From Eledone cirrhosa (Eukaryota), in assembly GCA_964016885.1 (NCBI GenBank), contig OZ024742.1, positions 13,764,001-13,828,000 of the forward strand: a DNA stretch of 64,000 nucleotides. The letters are read 5' to 3'. The notes beneath the pieces are model-generated. The model was not told where the DNA came from and did not search any database. It was given only the letters and a program-made list of their open reading frames with translations. Made by a program: the position numbers and the translations under genes. Positions 26,301 through 40,866 of the stretch are shown piece after piece. Position 1 is the stretch's first letter. Every line of letters begins with the position of its first letter.

Positions 26301-29300
26301 GTGTGGTGATGGTGTCTAGGTGTTGGTACAGTGGTGTGGTGCTGGTGTCTAGGTGTTGGTACGGTGGTGTGGTGATGGTGTCTAGGTGTTGGTACGGTGG
26401 TGTGGTGATGGTGTCTAGGTGTTGGTACGGTGGTGTGGTGTTGGTGTCTAGGTGTTGGTACGGTGGTGTGGTGATGGTGTCTAGGTGTTGGTACAGTGGT
26501 GTGGTGCTGGTCTCTAGGTGTTGGTACGGTGGTGTGGTGCTGGTCTCTAGGTGTTGGTACGGTGGTGTGGTGATGGTGTCTAGGTGTTGGTACGGCGGTG
26601 TGGTGTTGGTGTCTAGGTGTTGGTACGGTGGTGTTGTGATGGTGTCTAGGTGTTGGTACGGTGGTGTGGTGTTGGTGTCTAGGTGTTGGTACGGTGGTGT
26701 AGTGATGGTGTCTAGGTGATGGTACGGTGGTGTGGTGATTGTCTCTAGGTGTTGGTACGGTGGTGTGGTGATGGTGTCTAGGTGTTGGTACGGTGGTGTG
26801 GTGCTGGTGTCTAGGTGTTGGTACGGTGGTGTGGTGATGGTCTCTAGGTGTTGGTACGGTGGTGTGGTGATGGTGTTTAGATGTTGGTACGGTGGTGTAG
26901 TAATGGTGTCTAGGTGAGGGTACGGTGGTGTGGTGATGGTCTCTAGGTGTTGGTACGGTGGTGTGGTGATGGTGTCTAGGTGTTGGTACGGTGGTGTGGT
27001 GATGGTGTCTAGGTGTTGGTACGGTGGTATGGTGATGGTGTCTAGGTGTTGGTACGGTGGTGTGGTGATGGTGTCTAGGTGATGGTACGGTGGTGTGGTG
27101 ATGGTCTCTAGGTGTTGGTACGGTGGTGTAGTGATGGTGTCTAGGTGATGGTACGGTGGTGTGGTGATGGTCTCTAGGTGATGGTACGGTGGTGTGGTGA
27201 TGGTGTCTAGGTGTTGGTACGGTGGTGTGGTGATGGTATCTAGGTGTTGGTACGGTGGTGTGGTGCTGGTGTCTAGGTGTTGGTACGGTGGTGTGGTGCT
27301 GGTGTCTAGGTGTTGGTACGGTGGTGTGGTGATGGTATCTAGGTGTTGGTACGGTGGTGTGGTGCTGGTGTCTAGGTGTTGGTACGGTGGTGTGGTGCTG
27401 GTGTCTAGGTGTTGGTACGGTGGTGTGGTGCTGGTGTCTAGGTGTTGGTACGGTGGCGTGGTGATGGTCTCTAGGTGATGGTACGGTGGTGTGGTGCTGG
27501 TGTCTAGGTGTTGGTACGGTGGTGTGGTGCTGGTGTCTAGGTGTTGGTACGGTGGTGTGGTGTTGGTGTCTAGGTGTTGGTACGGTGGTGTGGTGATGGT
27601 CTTTAGGTGTTGGTACGGTGGTGTGGTGATGGTCTCTAGGTGATGGTACGGTGGTGTGGTGCTGGTGTCTAGGTGTTGGTACGGTGGTGTGGTGATGGTG
27701 TCTAGGTGTTGGTACGGTGGTGTGGTGCTGGTGTCTAGGTGTTGGTACGGTGGTGTGGTGATGGTGTCTAGGTGATGGTACGGTGGTGTGGTGATGGTCT
27801 CTAGGTGATGGTACGGTGGTGTGGTGCTGGTGTCTAGGTGTTGGTACGGTGGTGTAGTGATGGTGTCTAGGTGTTGGTACGGTGGTGTGGTGCTGGTGTC
27901 TAGGTGTTGGTACGGTGGTGTGGTGATGGTCTCTAGGTGTTGGTACGGTGGTGTGGTGCTGGTGTCTAGGTGTTGGTACGGTGGTGTGGTGATGGTGTCT
28001 AGGTGTTGGTACGGTGGTGTGGTGATGGTGTCTAGGTGTTGGTACGGTGGTGTGGTGATGGTCTCTAGGTGTTGGTACGGTGGTGTGGTGCTGGTGTCTA
28101 GGTGTTGGTACGGTGGTGTGGTGATGGTGTCTAGGTGTTGGTACGGTGGTGTGGTGATGGTGTCTAGGTGTTGGTACGGTGGTGTGGTGATGGTCTCTAG
28201 GTGTTGGTACGGTGGTGTGGTGCTGGTGTCTAGGTGTTGGTACGGTGGTGTGGTGATGGTCTCTAGGTGTTGGTACGGTGGTGTGGTGCTGGTGTCTAGG
28301 TGTTGGTACGGTGGTGTGGTGATGGTCTCTAGGTGTTGGTACGGTGGTGTGGTGCTGGTGTCTAGGTGTTGGTACGGTGGTGTGGTGATGGTGTCTAGGT
28401 GTTGGTACGGTGGTGTGGTGATGGTGTCTAGGTGTTGGTACGGTGGTGTGGTGATGGTCTCTAGGTGTTGGTACGGTGGTGTGGTGCTGGTGTCTAGGTG
28501 TTGGTACGGTGGTGTGGTGATGGTGTCTAGGTGTTGGTACGGTGGTGTGGTGCTGGTGTCTAGGTGTTGGTACGGTGGTGTGGTGCTGGTGTCTAGGTGT
28601 TGGTACGGTGGTGTGGTGATGGTGTCTAGGTGTTGGTACGGTGGTGTGGTGATGGTGTCTAGGTGTTGGTACGGTGGTGTGGTGTTGGTGTCTGAGTGTT
28701 GGTACGGTGGTGTGGTGATGGTCTCTAGGTGTTGGTACGGTGGTGTGGTGATGGTGTCTAGGTGTTGGTACGGTGGTGTGGTGATGGTGTCTAGGTGTTG
28801 GTACGGTGGTGTGGTGTTGGTGTCTGAGTGTTGGTACGGTGGTGTGGTGCTGGTGTCTAGATGTTGGTACGGTGGTGTGGTGCTGGTGTCTAGGTGTTGG
28901 TACGGTGGTGTGATGATGGTGTCTAGGTGTTGGTACGGTGGTGTGGTGCTGGTGTCTAAGTGTTGGTACGGTGGTGTAGTGATGGTGTCTAGGTGTTGGT
29001 ACGGTGGTGTGGTGCTGGTGTCTAGGTGTTGGTACGGTGGTGTGGTGCTGGTGTCTAGGTGTTAGTACGGTGGTGTAGTGATGGTGTCTAGGTGTTGGTA
29101 CGGTGGTGTGTTGCTGGTGTCTAGGTGTTGGTACGGTGGTGTGGTGCTGGTGTCTAGGTGTTGGTACGGTGGTGTGGTGCTGGTGTCTAGGTGTTGGTAC
29201 GGTGGTGTAGTGATGGTGTCTAGGTGTTGGTACGGTGGTGTGGTGCTGGTGTCTAGGTGTTGGTACGGTGGTGTGGTGATGGTGTCTAGGTGTTGGTACG

Positions 29301-32300
29301 GTGGTGTGGTGATGGTGTCTAGGTGTTGGTACGGTGGTGTGGTGCTGGTGTCTAGGTGTTGGTACGGTGGTGTGTTGCTGGTGTCTAGGTGTTGGTACGG
29401 TGGTGTTGTGATGGTGTCTAGGTGTTGGTACGGTGGTGTGGTGCTGGTGTCTAGGTGTTGGTACGGTGGTGTGGTGATGGTCTGTAGGTGTTGGTACGGT
29501 GGTGTGGTGCTGGTGTCTAGGTGTTGGTACGGTGGTGTGGTGATGGTGTCTAGGTGTTGGTACGGTGGTGTGGTGCTGGTGTCTAGGTGTTGGTACGGTG
29601 GTGTGGTGATGGTTTCTAGGTGTTGGTACGGTGGTGTGGTGTTGGTGTCTAGGTGTTGGTACGGTGGTGTGGTGTTGGTGTCTAGGTGTTGGTACGGTGG
29701 TGTGGTGCTGGTGTCTAGGTGTTGGTACGGTGGTGTGGTGATGGTCTGTAGGTGTTGGTACGGTGGTGTGGTGCTGGTGTCTAGGTGTTGGTACGGTGGT
29801 GTGGTGATGGTGTCTAGGTGTTGGTACGGTGGTGTGGTGCTGGTGTCTAGGTGTTGGTACGGTGGTGTGGTGTTGGTGTCTAGGTGTTGGTACGGTGGTG
29901 TGGTGTTGGTGTCTAGGTGTTGGTACGGTGGTGTGGTGATGGTCTCTAGGTGTTGGTACGGTGGTGTGGTGTTGGTGTCTAGGTGTTGGTACGGTGGTGT
30001 GGTGTTGGTGTCTAGGTGTTGGTACGGTGGTGTGGTGATGGTGTCTAGGTGTTGGTACGGTGGTGTAGTGATGGTGTCTAGGTGTTGGTACAGTGGTGTG
30101 GTGTTGGTGTCTAGGTGTTGGTACGGTGGTGTGGTGCTGGTGTCTAGGTGATGGTACGGTGGTGTGGTGCTGGTGTCTAGGTGTTGGTACGGTGGTGTGG
30201 TGCTGGTGTCTAGGTGTTGGTACGGTGGTGTGGTGCTGGTGTCTAGGTGATGGTACGGTGGTGTGGTGCTGGTGTCTAGGTGTTGGTACGGTGGTGTGGT
30301 GAGTGTGTGGTGATGGTGTCTAGGTGTTGGTACGGTGGTGTGGTGTTGGTCTCTAGGTGTTGGTACGGTGGTGTGGTGTTGGTGTCTAGGTGTTGGTACG
30401 GTGGTGTAGTGATGGTGTCTAGGTGTTGGTACGGTGGTGTGTTGCTGGTGTCTAGGTGTTGGTACGGTGGTGTGGTGCTGGTGTCTAGGTGTTGGTACGG
30501 TGGTGTGGTGCTGGTGTCTAGGTGTTGGTACGGTGGTGTAGTGATGGTGTCTAGGTGTTGGTACGGTGGTGTGGTGCTGGTGTCTAGGTGTTGGTACGGT
30601 GGTGTGGTGATGGTGTCTAGGTGTTGGTACGGTGGTGTGGTGATGGTGTCTAGGTGTTGGTACGGTGGTGTGGTGCTGGTGTCTAGGTGTTGGTACGGTG
30701 GTGTGTTGCTGGTGTCTAGGTGTTGGTACGGTGGTGTTGTGATGGTGTCTAGGTGTTGGTACGGTGGTGTGGTGCTGGTGTCTAGGTGTTGGTACGGTGG
30801 TGTGGTGATGGTCTGTAGGTGTTGGTACGGTGGTGTGGTGCTGGTGTCTAGGTGTTGGTACGGTGGTGTGGTGATGGTGTCTAGGTGTTGGTACGGTGGT
30901 GTGGTGCTGGTGTCTAGGTGTTGGTACGGTGGTGTGGTGATGGTTTCTAGGTGTTGGTACGGTGGTGTGGTGTTGGTGTCTAGGTGTTGGTACGGTGGTG
31001 TGGTGTTGGTGTCTAGGTGTTGGTACGGTGGTGTGGTGCTGGTGTCTAGGTGTTGGTACGGTGGTGTGGTGATGGTCTGTAGGTGTTGGTACGGTGGTGT
31101 GGTGCTGGTGTCTAGGTGTTGGTACGGTGGTGTGGTGATGGTGTCTAGGTGTTGGTACGGTGGTGTGGTGCTGGTGTCTAGGTGTTGGTACGGTGGTGTA
31201 GTGATGGTCTCTAGGTGTTGGTACGGTGGTGTGGTGTTGGTGTCTAGGTGTTGGTACGGTGGTGTGGTGTTGGTGTCTAGGTGTTGGTACGGTGGTGTGG
31301 TGATGGTCTCTAGGTGTTGGTACGGTGGTGTGGTGTTGGTGTCTAGGTGTTGGTACGGTGGTGTGGTGTTGGTGTCTAGGTGTTGGTACGGTGGTGTGGT
31401 GATGGTGTCTAGGTGTTGGTACGGTGGTGTAGTGATGGTGTCTAGGTGTTGGTACAGTGGTGTGGTGTTGGTGTCTAGGTGTTGGTACGGTGGTGTGGTG
31501 CTGGTGTCTAGGTGATGGTACGGTGGTGTGGTGCTGGTGTCTAGGTGTTGGTACGGTGGTGTGGTGCTGGTGTCTAGGTGTTGGTACGGTGGTGTGGTGC
31601 TGGTGTCTAGGTGATGGTACGGTGGTGTGGTGCTGGTGTCTAGGTGTTGGTACGGTGGTGTGGTGAGTGTGTGGTGATGGTGTCTAGGTGTTGGTACGGT
31701 GGTGTGGTGCTGGTGTCTAGGTGTTGGTACGGTGGTGTGGTGCTGATGTCTAGGTGTTGGTACGGTGGTGTGGTGATGGTCTGTAGGTGTTGGTACGGTG
31801 GTGTGGTGCTGGTGTCTAGGTGATGGTACGGTGGTGTGGTGATGGTGTGGTGCTGGTGTCTAGGTGTTGGTACGGTGGTGTGGTGATGGTGTGGTGCTGT
31901 GTCTAGGTGTTGGTACGGTGGTGTGGTGCTGGTGTCTAGGTGTTAGTACGGTGGTGTGGTGCTGGTGTCTAGGTGTTGGTACGGTGGTGTGGTGTTGGTG
32001 TCTAGGTGTTGGTACGGTGGTGTGGTGATGGTGTCTAGGTGTTGGTACGGTGGTGTGGTGTTGGTGTCTAGGTGTTGGTACGGTGGTGTGGTGTTGGTCT
32101 CTAGGTGTTGGTACGGTGGTGTGGTGCTGGTCTCTAGGTGTTGGTACGGTGGTGTAGTGATGGTGTCTAGGTGTTGGTACGGTGGTGTGGTGTTGGTCTC
32201 TAGGTGTTGGTACGGTGGTGTGGTGTTGGTGTCTAGGTGTTGGTACGGTGGTGTGGTGCTGGTGTCTAGGTGTTGGTACGGTGGTGTGGTGCTGGTCTCT

Positions 32301-34272
32301 AGGTGTTGGTACGGTGGTGTGGTGCTGGTGTCTAGGTGTTGGTACGGTGGTGTGGTGCTGGTGTCTAGGTGTTGGTACGGTGGTGTGGTGTTGGTGTCTA
32401 GGTGTTGGTACGGTGGTGTGGTGATGGTCTCTAGGTGTTGGTACGGTGGTGTGGTGCTGGTCTCTAGGTGTTGGTACGGTGGTGTGGTGCTGGTGTCTAG
32501 GTGTTGGTACGGTGGTGTGGTGCTGGTCTCTAGGTTTTGGTACGGTGGTGTGGTGCTGGTCTCTAGGTGTTGGTACGGTGGTGTGGTGCTGGTGTCTAGG
32601 TGTTGGTACGGTGGTGTGGTGCTGGTCTCTAGGTGTTGGTACGGTGGTGTGGTGCTGGTGTCTAGGTGTTGGTACGGTGGTGTGGTGCTGGTGTCTAGGT
32701 GTTGGTACGGTGGTGTGGTGATGGTGTCTAGGTGTTGGTACGGTGGTGTGGTGATGGTCTCTAGGTGTTGGTACGGTGGTGTGGTGCTGGTGTCTAGGTG
32801 TTGGTACGGTGGTGTGGTGATGGTGTCTAGGTGTTGGTACGGTGGTGTGGTGCTGGTGTCTAGGTGTTGGTACGGTGGTGTGGTGATGGTATCTAGGTGT
32901 TGGTACGGTGGTGTGGTGCTGGTGTCTAGGTGTTGGTACGGTGGTGTGGTGCTGGTGTCTAGGTGTTGGTACGGTGGTGTGGTGCTGGTGTCTAGGTGTT
33001 GGTACGGTGGTGTGGTGATGGTATCTAGGTGTTGGTACTGTGGTGTGGTGCTGGTGTCTAGGTGTTGGTACGGTGGTGTGGTGATGGTGTCTAGGTGTTG
33101 GTACGGTGGTGTGGTGCTGGTGTCTAGGTGTTGGTACGGTGGTGTGGTGATGGTATCTAGGTGTTGGTACGGTGGTGTGGTGCTGGTGTCTAGGTGTTGG
33201 TACGGTGGTGTGGTGCTGGTGTCTAGGTGTTGGTACGGTGGTGTGGTGTTGGTGTCTAGGTGTTGGTACGGTGGTGTGGTGATGGTCTCTAGGTGTTGGT
33301 ACGGTGGTGTGGTGCTGGTCTCTAGGTGTTGGTACGGTGGTGTGGTGATGGTGTTTAGGTGTTGGTACGGTGGTGTGGTGCTGGTCTCTAGGTGTTGGTA
33401 CGGTGGTGTGGTGCTGGTCTCTAGGTGTTGGTACGGTGGTGTGGTGATGGTGTCTAGGTGTTGGTACGGTGGTGTGGTGCTGGTCTCTAGGTGTTGGTAC
33501 GGTGGTGTGGTGATGGTGTCTAGGTGTTGGTACGGTGGTGTGGTGATGGTCTCTAGGTGTTGGTACGGTGGTGTGGTGCTGGTCTCTAGGTGTTGGTACG
33601 GTGGTGTGGTGATGGTGTCTAGGTGTTGGTACGGTGGTGTGGTGCCGGTCTCTAGGTGTTGGTACGGTGGTGTGGTGATGGTGTCTAGGTGTTGGTACGG
33701 TGGTGTGGTGTTGGTGTCTAGGTGTTGGTACGGTGGTGTGGTGCTGGTCTCTAGGTGTTGGTACGGTGGTGTGGTGATGGTATCTAGGTGTTGGTACGGT
33801 GGTGTGGTGCTGGTGTCTAGGTGTTGGTACGGTGGTGTAGTGATGGTGTCTAGGTGTTGGTACGGTGGTGTGGTGATGGTCTCTAGGTGTTGGTACGGTG
33901 GTGTGGTGATGGTGTCTAGGTGTTGGTACGGTGGTGTGGTGATGGTGTCTAGGTGTTGGTACGGTGGTGTGGTGATGGTGTCTAGGTGTTGGTACGGTGG
34001 TGTGGTGATGGTCTCTAGGTGTTGGTACGGTGGTGTGGTGCTGGTGTCTAGGTGTTGGTACGGTGGTGTAGTGATGGTGTCTAGGTGTTGGTACGGTGGT
34101 GTGGTGATGGTCTCTAGGTGTTGGTACGGTGGTGTGGTGCTGGTGTCTAGGTGTTGGTACGGTGGTGTGGTGCTGGTGTCTAGGTGTTGGTACGGTGGTG
34201 TGGTGCTGGTGTCTAGGTGTTGGTACGGTGGTGTGGTGTTGGTGTCTAGGTGTTGGTACGGTGGTGTGGTGC
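23370..34272. repeat. ~10.9 kb 33-bp minisatellite (GTGHTGGTSTCTAGGTGTTGGTACGGTGGTGTG)n, ~330 copies
   Basis: Visible periodicity; strongly G/T-skewed plus strand. Confidence 0.98.
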
Positions 34273-34952
34273 TGGTGCTGGTGTGGTGCTGGCCTCTAGG
34301 TATAAGAGGGTGTGGTGGTGACCTCTAGGTGTACGAGGGTATGGTGGTGACCTCTAGGTATACCAAGATGTGGTGGTGACCTCTAGGTTTTGGTACGATA
34401 GTGTGGTGCTGGTGTGGTGATGACCTCTAGGTATATGAGGGTGTGGCGGTGACCTCTAAGTATACGATGGTGTGGTGCCTGTGTGGTGGTAACATCTAGG
34501 TATACCAGGGTCTGGTGCTGGTGTGGTGCTGGCCTCTAGGTATACAAGGGTGAGGTACTGACCTCTAGGTATACCAGGGTGTGGTACTGACCTCTAGGTA
34601 TACCAGGGTGTGGTGCTGGTGTGGTACTGACCTCTAGGTATACCAGGGGGAGGTACTGACCTCTAGGTATACCAGGGTGTTGTGCTGGTGTGGTACTGAC
34701 CTCTAGGTATACCAGGGGGAGGTACTGACCTCTAGTTATACCAGGGTGTGGTGCTGGTGTGGTACTGACCTCTAGGTATACCAGGGGGAGGTACTGACCT
34801 CTAGGTATACCAGGGTGTGGTGCTGGTGTGGTATTGACTTCTAGGTATACCAGGGGAAGGTACTGACCTCTAGGTATACCAGGGTGTGGTGCTGGTGTGG
34901 TATTGACTTCTAGGTATACCAGGGGAAGGTACTGACCTCTAGGTATACCAGC
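34273..34952. repeat. Related CCTCTAGGTATACCAGG repeat, forming 69-bp units at ~34580-34950
   Basis: Visible; the 23-aa periodicity of ORF 34536..34973 reflects the 69-bp unit. Confidence 0.9.
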
Positions 34953-35199
34953 GTGTGCTATTTTACTCATCATTGCATCACTGGTGGTTTTAAACAGTTT
35001 GTATTATATGGAGGTGAGGCTCACCAAGTGAACCGAGGAGGAAACTGTCCACGTGGTGTGAAGATAGTGGTGTCGAGGTGGATATAGGGATAATGAAAAT
35101 AAGGTTGATAATGATAGTGAGGAGAAGGTGACGATGATGATGATGATGATGACGACAAAGACGACGATGATGATGACGACGATGTTGCTGATGATGATG

Positions 35200-35440
35200 A
35201 AACAACAATAACATGTTAAAACAACTACAACAATAACATTACAACAACTACAACAATAACATTAAAACAACTACGACAATAACATTAAAACAACTACAAC
35301 AATAACATTAAAACAACTACAACAATAACATTAAAACAACTACAACAATAACATGTTAAAACAACTACAACAATAACATTAAAACAACTACAACAATAAC
35401 ATTAAAACAACTACAACAATAACATTAAAACAACAACAAC
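35200..35440. repeat. 23-bp tandem repeat (ACAATAACATTAAAACAACTACA)n
   Basis: Visible, ~10 copies. Confidence 0.9.
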
Positions 35441-35639
35441 TAGAAAAAGAAGAGATATATAGAAGTAAAAATAATTAGGAAAAGCTAAAGAAATAACATA
35501 ATGCCATGATTTATTTTAGGAAATCAAATCACAGGAGATTTTCATGATAAATGTTTCAAAATATATCTTTACATGCTTACCTGTTCAATGTTACAAAACT
35601 ACTTACAGTCTATTTATCTTCATCAACTTATATTCTTTG

Positions 35640-36953
35640 TACCACCACCACCACTACCACCACACCACCACTACCACCACCACTACCACCACCATCATCA
35701 TTACCACTACACCACAACTACCACCACCACTACCACTACCACCACCACACCACTACGACGACGACCACCACCACCACTACCATCACCACTACCACCACCA
35801 CGACTACCACTGCCACCACCACTACCACCACCACTAACACCACCACCAACACCACTGCTAACAACAACAACAACAATACCACTGCCTCCGCCAACAATAC
35901 CACAACCACAACCACCAATAACACCACCACCACCAACAATACCACTACCACCACCAACAATACCACTACCGCCACCAACAATACCACCACCACCAACAAA
36001 AATACGACCACTACAACCAACAACAATAGCACCACCAACACCACCAACAATACCACTACCACCACCAACAATACCACCACCACCACCAACACCACCACCA
36101 CCATCACCACCACCAATACCACCACTTCCAGCAGCATACCAGTAGTACCACCAGCAGTACCACCACTACCCTCCACCAGTACCAGGTGGTGAAGATGGTG
36201 GTATTAGTGGTGGTGGTAGTGGTAGTAGTGGTGGTAGTAGTGGTTGTAGTTGTAGTAAAGGTGGTGGTGGTGGTGGTGGTGGTGGTGGTAGAGATTGTTT
36301 TAGTGATGGTGGTGGTAGCGGTGGGGGTGGCGTTATGGTGGGGGTGGGGGTGGTTGATGTGATAGTGGTGGTGGTGGTGGTGATACTGCTGGTGGTGGTG
36401 ATAGTACTGATGGTGGTGAAGATGGTGGTGATGATGGTGGTGAAGGTGGTGATGGTGGTGGTGGTGGTGATACTGGTGGTGGTGGTGGTGGTGGTGGTGG
36501 TGATAGTGGTGGTGGTGATGATGGTGGTGGTGGTGGTGGTGATACTGGTGGGGTGGTGGTGCTCGTCGTGATAGTGGTGGTGGTGATACTGGTGGTGGTG
36601 GTGGTGGTGGTGATACTGGTGGTGTTGGTGGTGGTGATATGGTGGTGGTGTTGATACTGGTGGTGGTGGTGGTGGTTATACTGCTGCTCGTGGTGGTGGT
36701 GGTGGTGGTTATACTGCTACTGATGGTGGTGGTGGTGGTGGTGGTGGTGGTGGGTATACTGCTGCTGGTGTTGGTGGTGGTGGTGGTAGTGGTGGTGGTA
36801 GTGGTGGTGGTAGTGGTAGTGGTGGTGGTAGTGGTGGTGGTGGTGGTGGTTATACTGCTACTGGTGGGGGGGTTATACTGCTAGTGGTGGTGGTGGTGGG
36901 GGTGCTGATACTGGTGGTGGCGGTGGTGGTGGTGGTGGTTATACTGCTAGTGG

Positions 36954-36984
<31 letters not shown>

Positions 36985-38002
36985 GGTGGTAGTGGTGGTG
37001 GTGGTGGTGGTGGTGCTGGTGGTGGTAGTGGTGGTGGTGGTGGTGGTGCTGGTGGTTATACTGCTAGTGGTGGTGGTGGTGGTGATACTGGTGGTGGTGG
37101 TGGTGGTGGTGGTGGTGGTGGTGGTGGTGGTGGTGGTGGTGGTGGTGGTGGTGGTTATACTGCTACTGGTGGGGGCGGGTATACTGCTACTGGTGGTGGG
37201 GTGGGGGTGCTGATACTGGTGATGTTGGTGGTGGTGGTGGTTATAGTGCTAATGGTGGTGGAGGTGGTGGTGGTGTTGGTGGTGGTGGTGGTGGTGGTGG
37301 TGTTACTGGTAATTGTGATGGTGGTGGTGATACTGGTGGTGGTGGTGGTGGTGATAGTGGTTGTGGCGGTGGTGGTGGTTATACTGCTACTGGTGGTGGA
37401 GGTGGTGGTGGTGGTGGTGGTGGTGTTAGTGGTCGTGGTGGTGGTGGTGGTGGTTATACTGCTACTGGTGGTGGAGGTGGTGGTGGTGGTGGTGGTGGTG
37501 TTAGTGGTCGTGGTGGTGGTGGTGGTGGTTATACTGCTACTGGTGGTGGAGGTGGTGGTGGTGGTGGTGGTGGTGTTAGTGGTCGTGGTGGTGGTGGTGG
37601 TGGTTATACTGATACTGGTGGTGGTGGTGGTGATGCTGATACTGGTGGTGGTGGTGGTGGTGGTGGTGGTGGTGTTAGTGGTCGTGGTGGTGGTGGTGGT
37701 GGTTATACTGATACTGGTGGTGGTGGTGGTGATGCTGATACTGGTGGAGGTGGTGGTGGTGGTGGTGGTGGTGTTAGTGGTCGTGGTGGTGGTGGTGGTG
37801 GTTATACTGATACTGGTGGTGGTGGTGGTGATGCTGATACTGGTGGAGGTGGTGGTGGTGGTGGTGGTGGTGTTAGTGGTCGTGGTGGTGGTGGTGGTGG
37901 TTATACTGATACTGGTGGTGGTGGTGGTGATGCTGATACTGGTGGTGGTGGTGGTGGTGGTGGTGGTTATACTGATACTGGTGGTGGCGGTGGTGGTGGT
38001 GT
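35640..38002. repeat. (ACC)n tract followed by the complementary (GGT)n tract
   Basis: Visible; orientation switch at ~36185. Confidence 0.95.
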
Positions 38003-38387
38003 TATTGTTCGTTTACTTCAACATTGTATCTCACTCCACAGTATATTACTGGTACTTTATTTTATCGACTGTATGAAAGGCAAAGCTAACCTCGGCAAGA
38101 TTTCAACACAGACCGTAAGTTACCATATCTATGTGACACATAGCATAGTGTCCGGCGCTCTACCGATTCTGTCAATTTATCATTCTTTAATGATGTAAAT
38201 ACAACAATGTAAACCACGGTTTACCTGAATATATCAGCCTAACATACCAGTTATATACTAAGGTTGATGTAATCGACTTCCCCTTCCCACAAATCGTTGG
38301 CCTGGGGGACTAAATTTTGAAATAATTATTACGACTGGGTGAATCGTGAGAGCGTCGGGAAAAGTGCTTTCGGTTATGGTTAGTGTT

Positions 38388-40821
38388 ATACAGGCACATA
38401 TATATACACACACATATATATACAGACACATATATATACACACACATATATATACACACACATATATATACAGACATATATATATACAGACATATATATA
38501 CAGACATATATATACACACACATATATATACAGACATATATATACACACACATATATATACAGACATATATATATACAGACATATATATACACACACATA
38601 TATATACAGACACATATATATACACACACATATATATACACACACATATATATACAGACATATATATATACAGACATATATATACAGACATATATATACA
38701 CACACATATATATACACACACATATATATACAGACATATATATATACAGACATATATATACAGACATATATATACACACACATATATATACAGACATATA
38801 TATACACACACATATATATACAGACATATATATATACAGACATATATATACAGACATATATATACACACATATATATACAGGCACATATATATACACACA
38901 CATATATATACACACACATATATATACAGGCACATATATATACACACACATATATATACACACACATATATATACAGGCACATATCTATACAGACATATA
39001 TATACACACACATATATATACAGACATATATATACACACACATATATATACACACATATATATATACACACACATATATATACACACACATATATATACA
39101 GGCACATATATATACAGACATATATATATACAGACATATATATACAGACACATATATATACAGACATATATATACACACACATATATACACACACATATA
39201 TACACACACATATATATACAGACATATATATACACACACATATATATACAGACATATCTATACACACACATATATATACAGACATATCTATACACACACA
39301 TATATATACAGACACATATATATACAGACACATATATATACAGACATATATATACACACACATATATATACAGACATATCTATACACACACATATATATA
39401 CAGACACATATATATACAGACACATATATATACATACACATATATATACAGACATATATATACACACACATATATATACAGACATATCTATACACACACA
39501 TATATATACAGACACATATATATACAGACACATATATATACATACACATATATATACAGACATATATATATACAGACATATATATACAGACACATATATA
39601 TACAGACATATCTATACACACACATATATATACAGACACATATATATACAGACACATATATATACAGACACATATATATACAGACATATATATACACACA
39701 CATATATATACAGACATATCTATACACACACATATATATACAGACATATCTATACACACACATATATATACAGACACATATATATACAGACACATATATA
39801 TACAGACACATATATATACAGACATATATATACACACACATATATATACAGACATATATATACACACACATACATATACAGACATATCTATACACACACA
39901 TATATATACAGACATATCTATACACACACATATATATACAGACATATATATACACACACATATATATACAGACATATATATACACACACATATATATACA
40001 GACACATATATATACAGACACATATATATACAGACACATATATATACACACACATATATATACAGACATATCTATACACACACATATATATACAGACACA
40101 TATATATACAGACACATATATATACATACACATATATATACAGACATATATATACACACACATATATATACAGACATATCTATACACACACATATATATA
40201 CAGACACATATATATACAGACACATATATATACATACACATATATATACAGACATATATATACACACACATATATATACAGACATATCTATACACACACA
40301 TATATATACACACACATATATATACAGACATATATATACACACACATATATATACAGACATATATATACACACACATATATATACAGACATATATATACA
40401 CACACATACATATACAGACATATCTATACACACACATATATATACAGACATATCTATACACACACATATATATACAGACATATATATACACACACATATA
40501 TATACAGACATATATATACACACACATATATATACAGACACATATATATACAGACACATATATATACAGACACATATATATACACACACATATATATACA
40601 CACACATATATATATACACACACATATATATACACACATATATATATACAGACACATATATATATACACACACATATATATACACACACATATATATACA
40701 GACACATATATATACAGACACATACATATACAGACACATATATATACAGACACATATATATATATATATACACACACATATATATACAGACACATACATA
40801 TACAGACACATACATATACAG

Positions 40822-40866
<45 letters not shown>

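Noticed and set aside
23324-34328. VSRCWYGGVV-repeat ORFs as a protein
   Set aside because: Recurrent TGA/TAG variants and frameshifting indels; it is a minisatellite.
35544-38076. Poly-Thr, poly-Pro and poly-Val ORFs (mucin-like)
   Set aside because: Pure triplet repeats with no supporting unique coding sequence.
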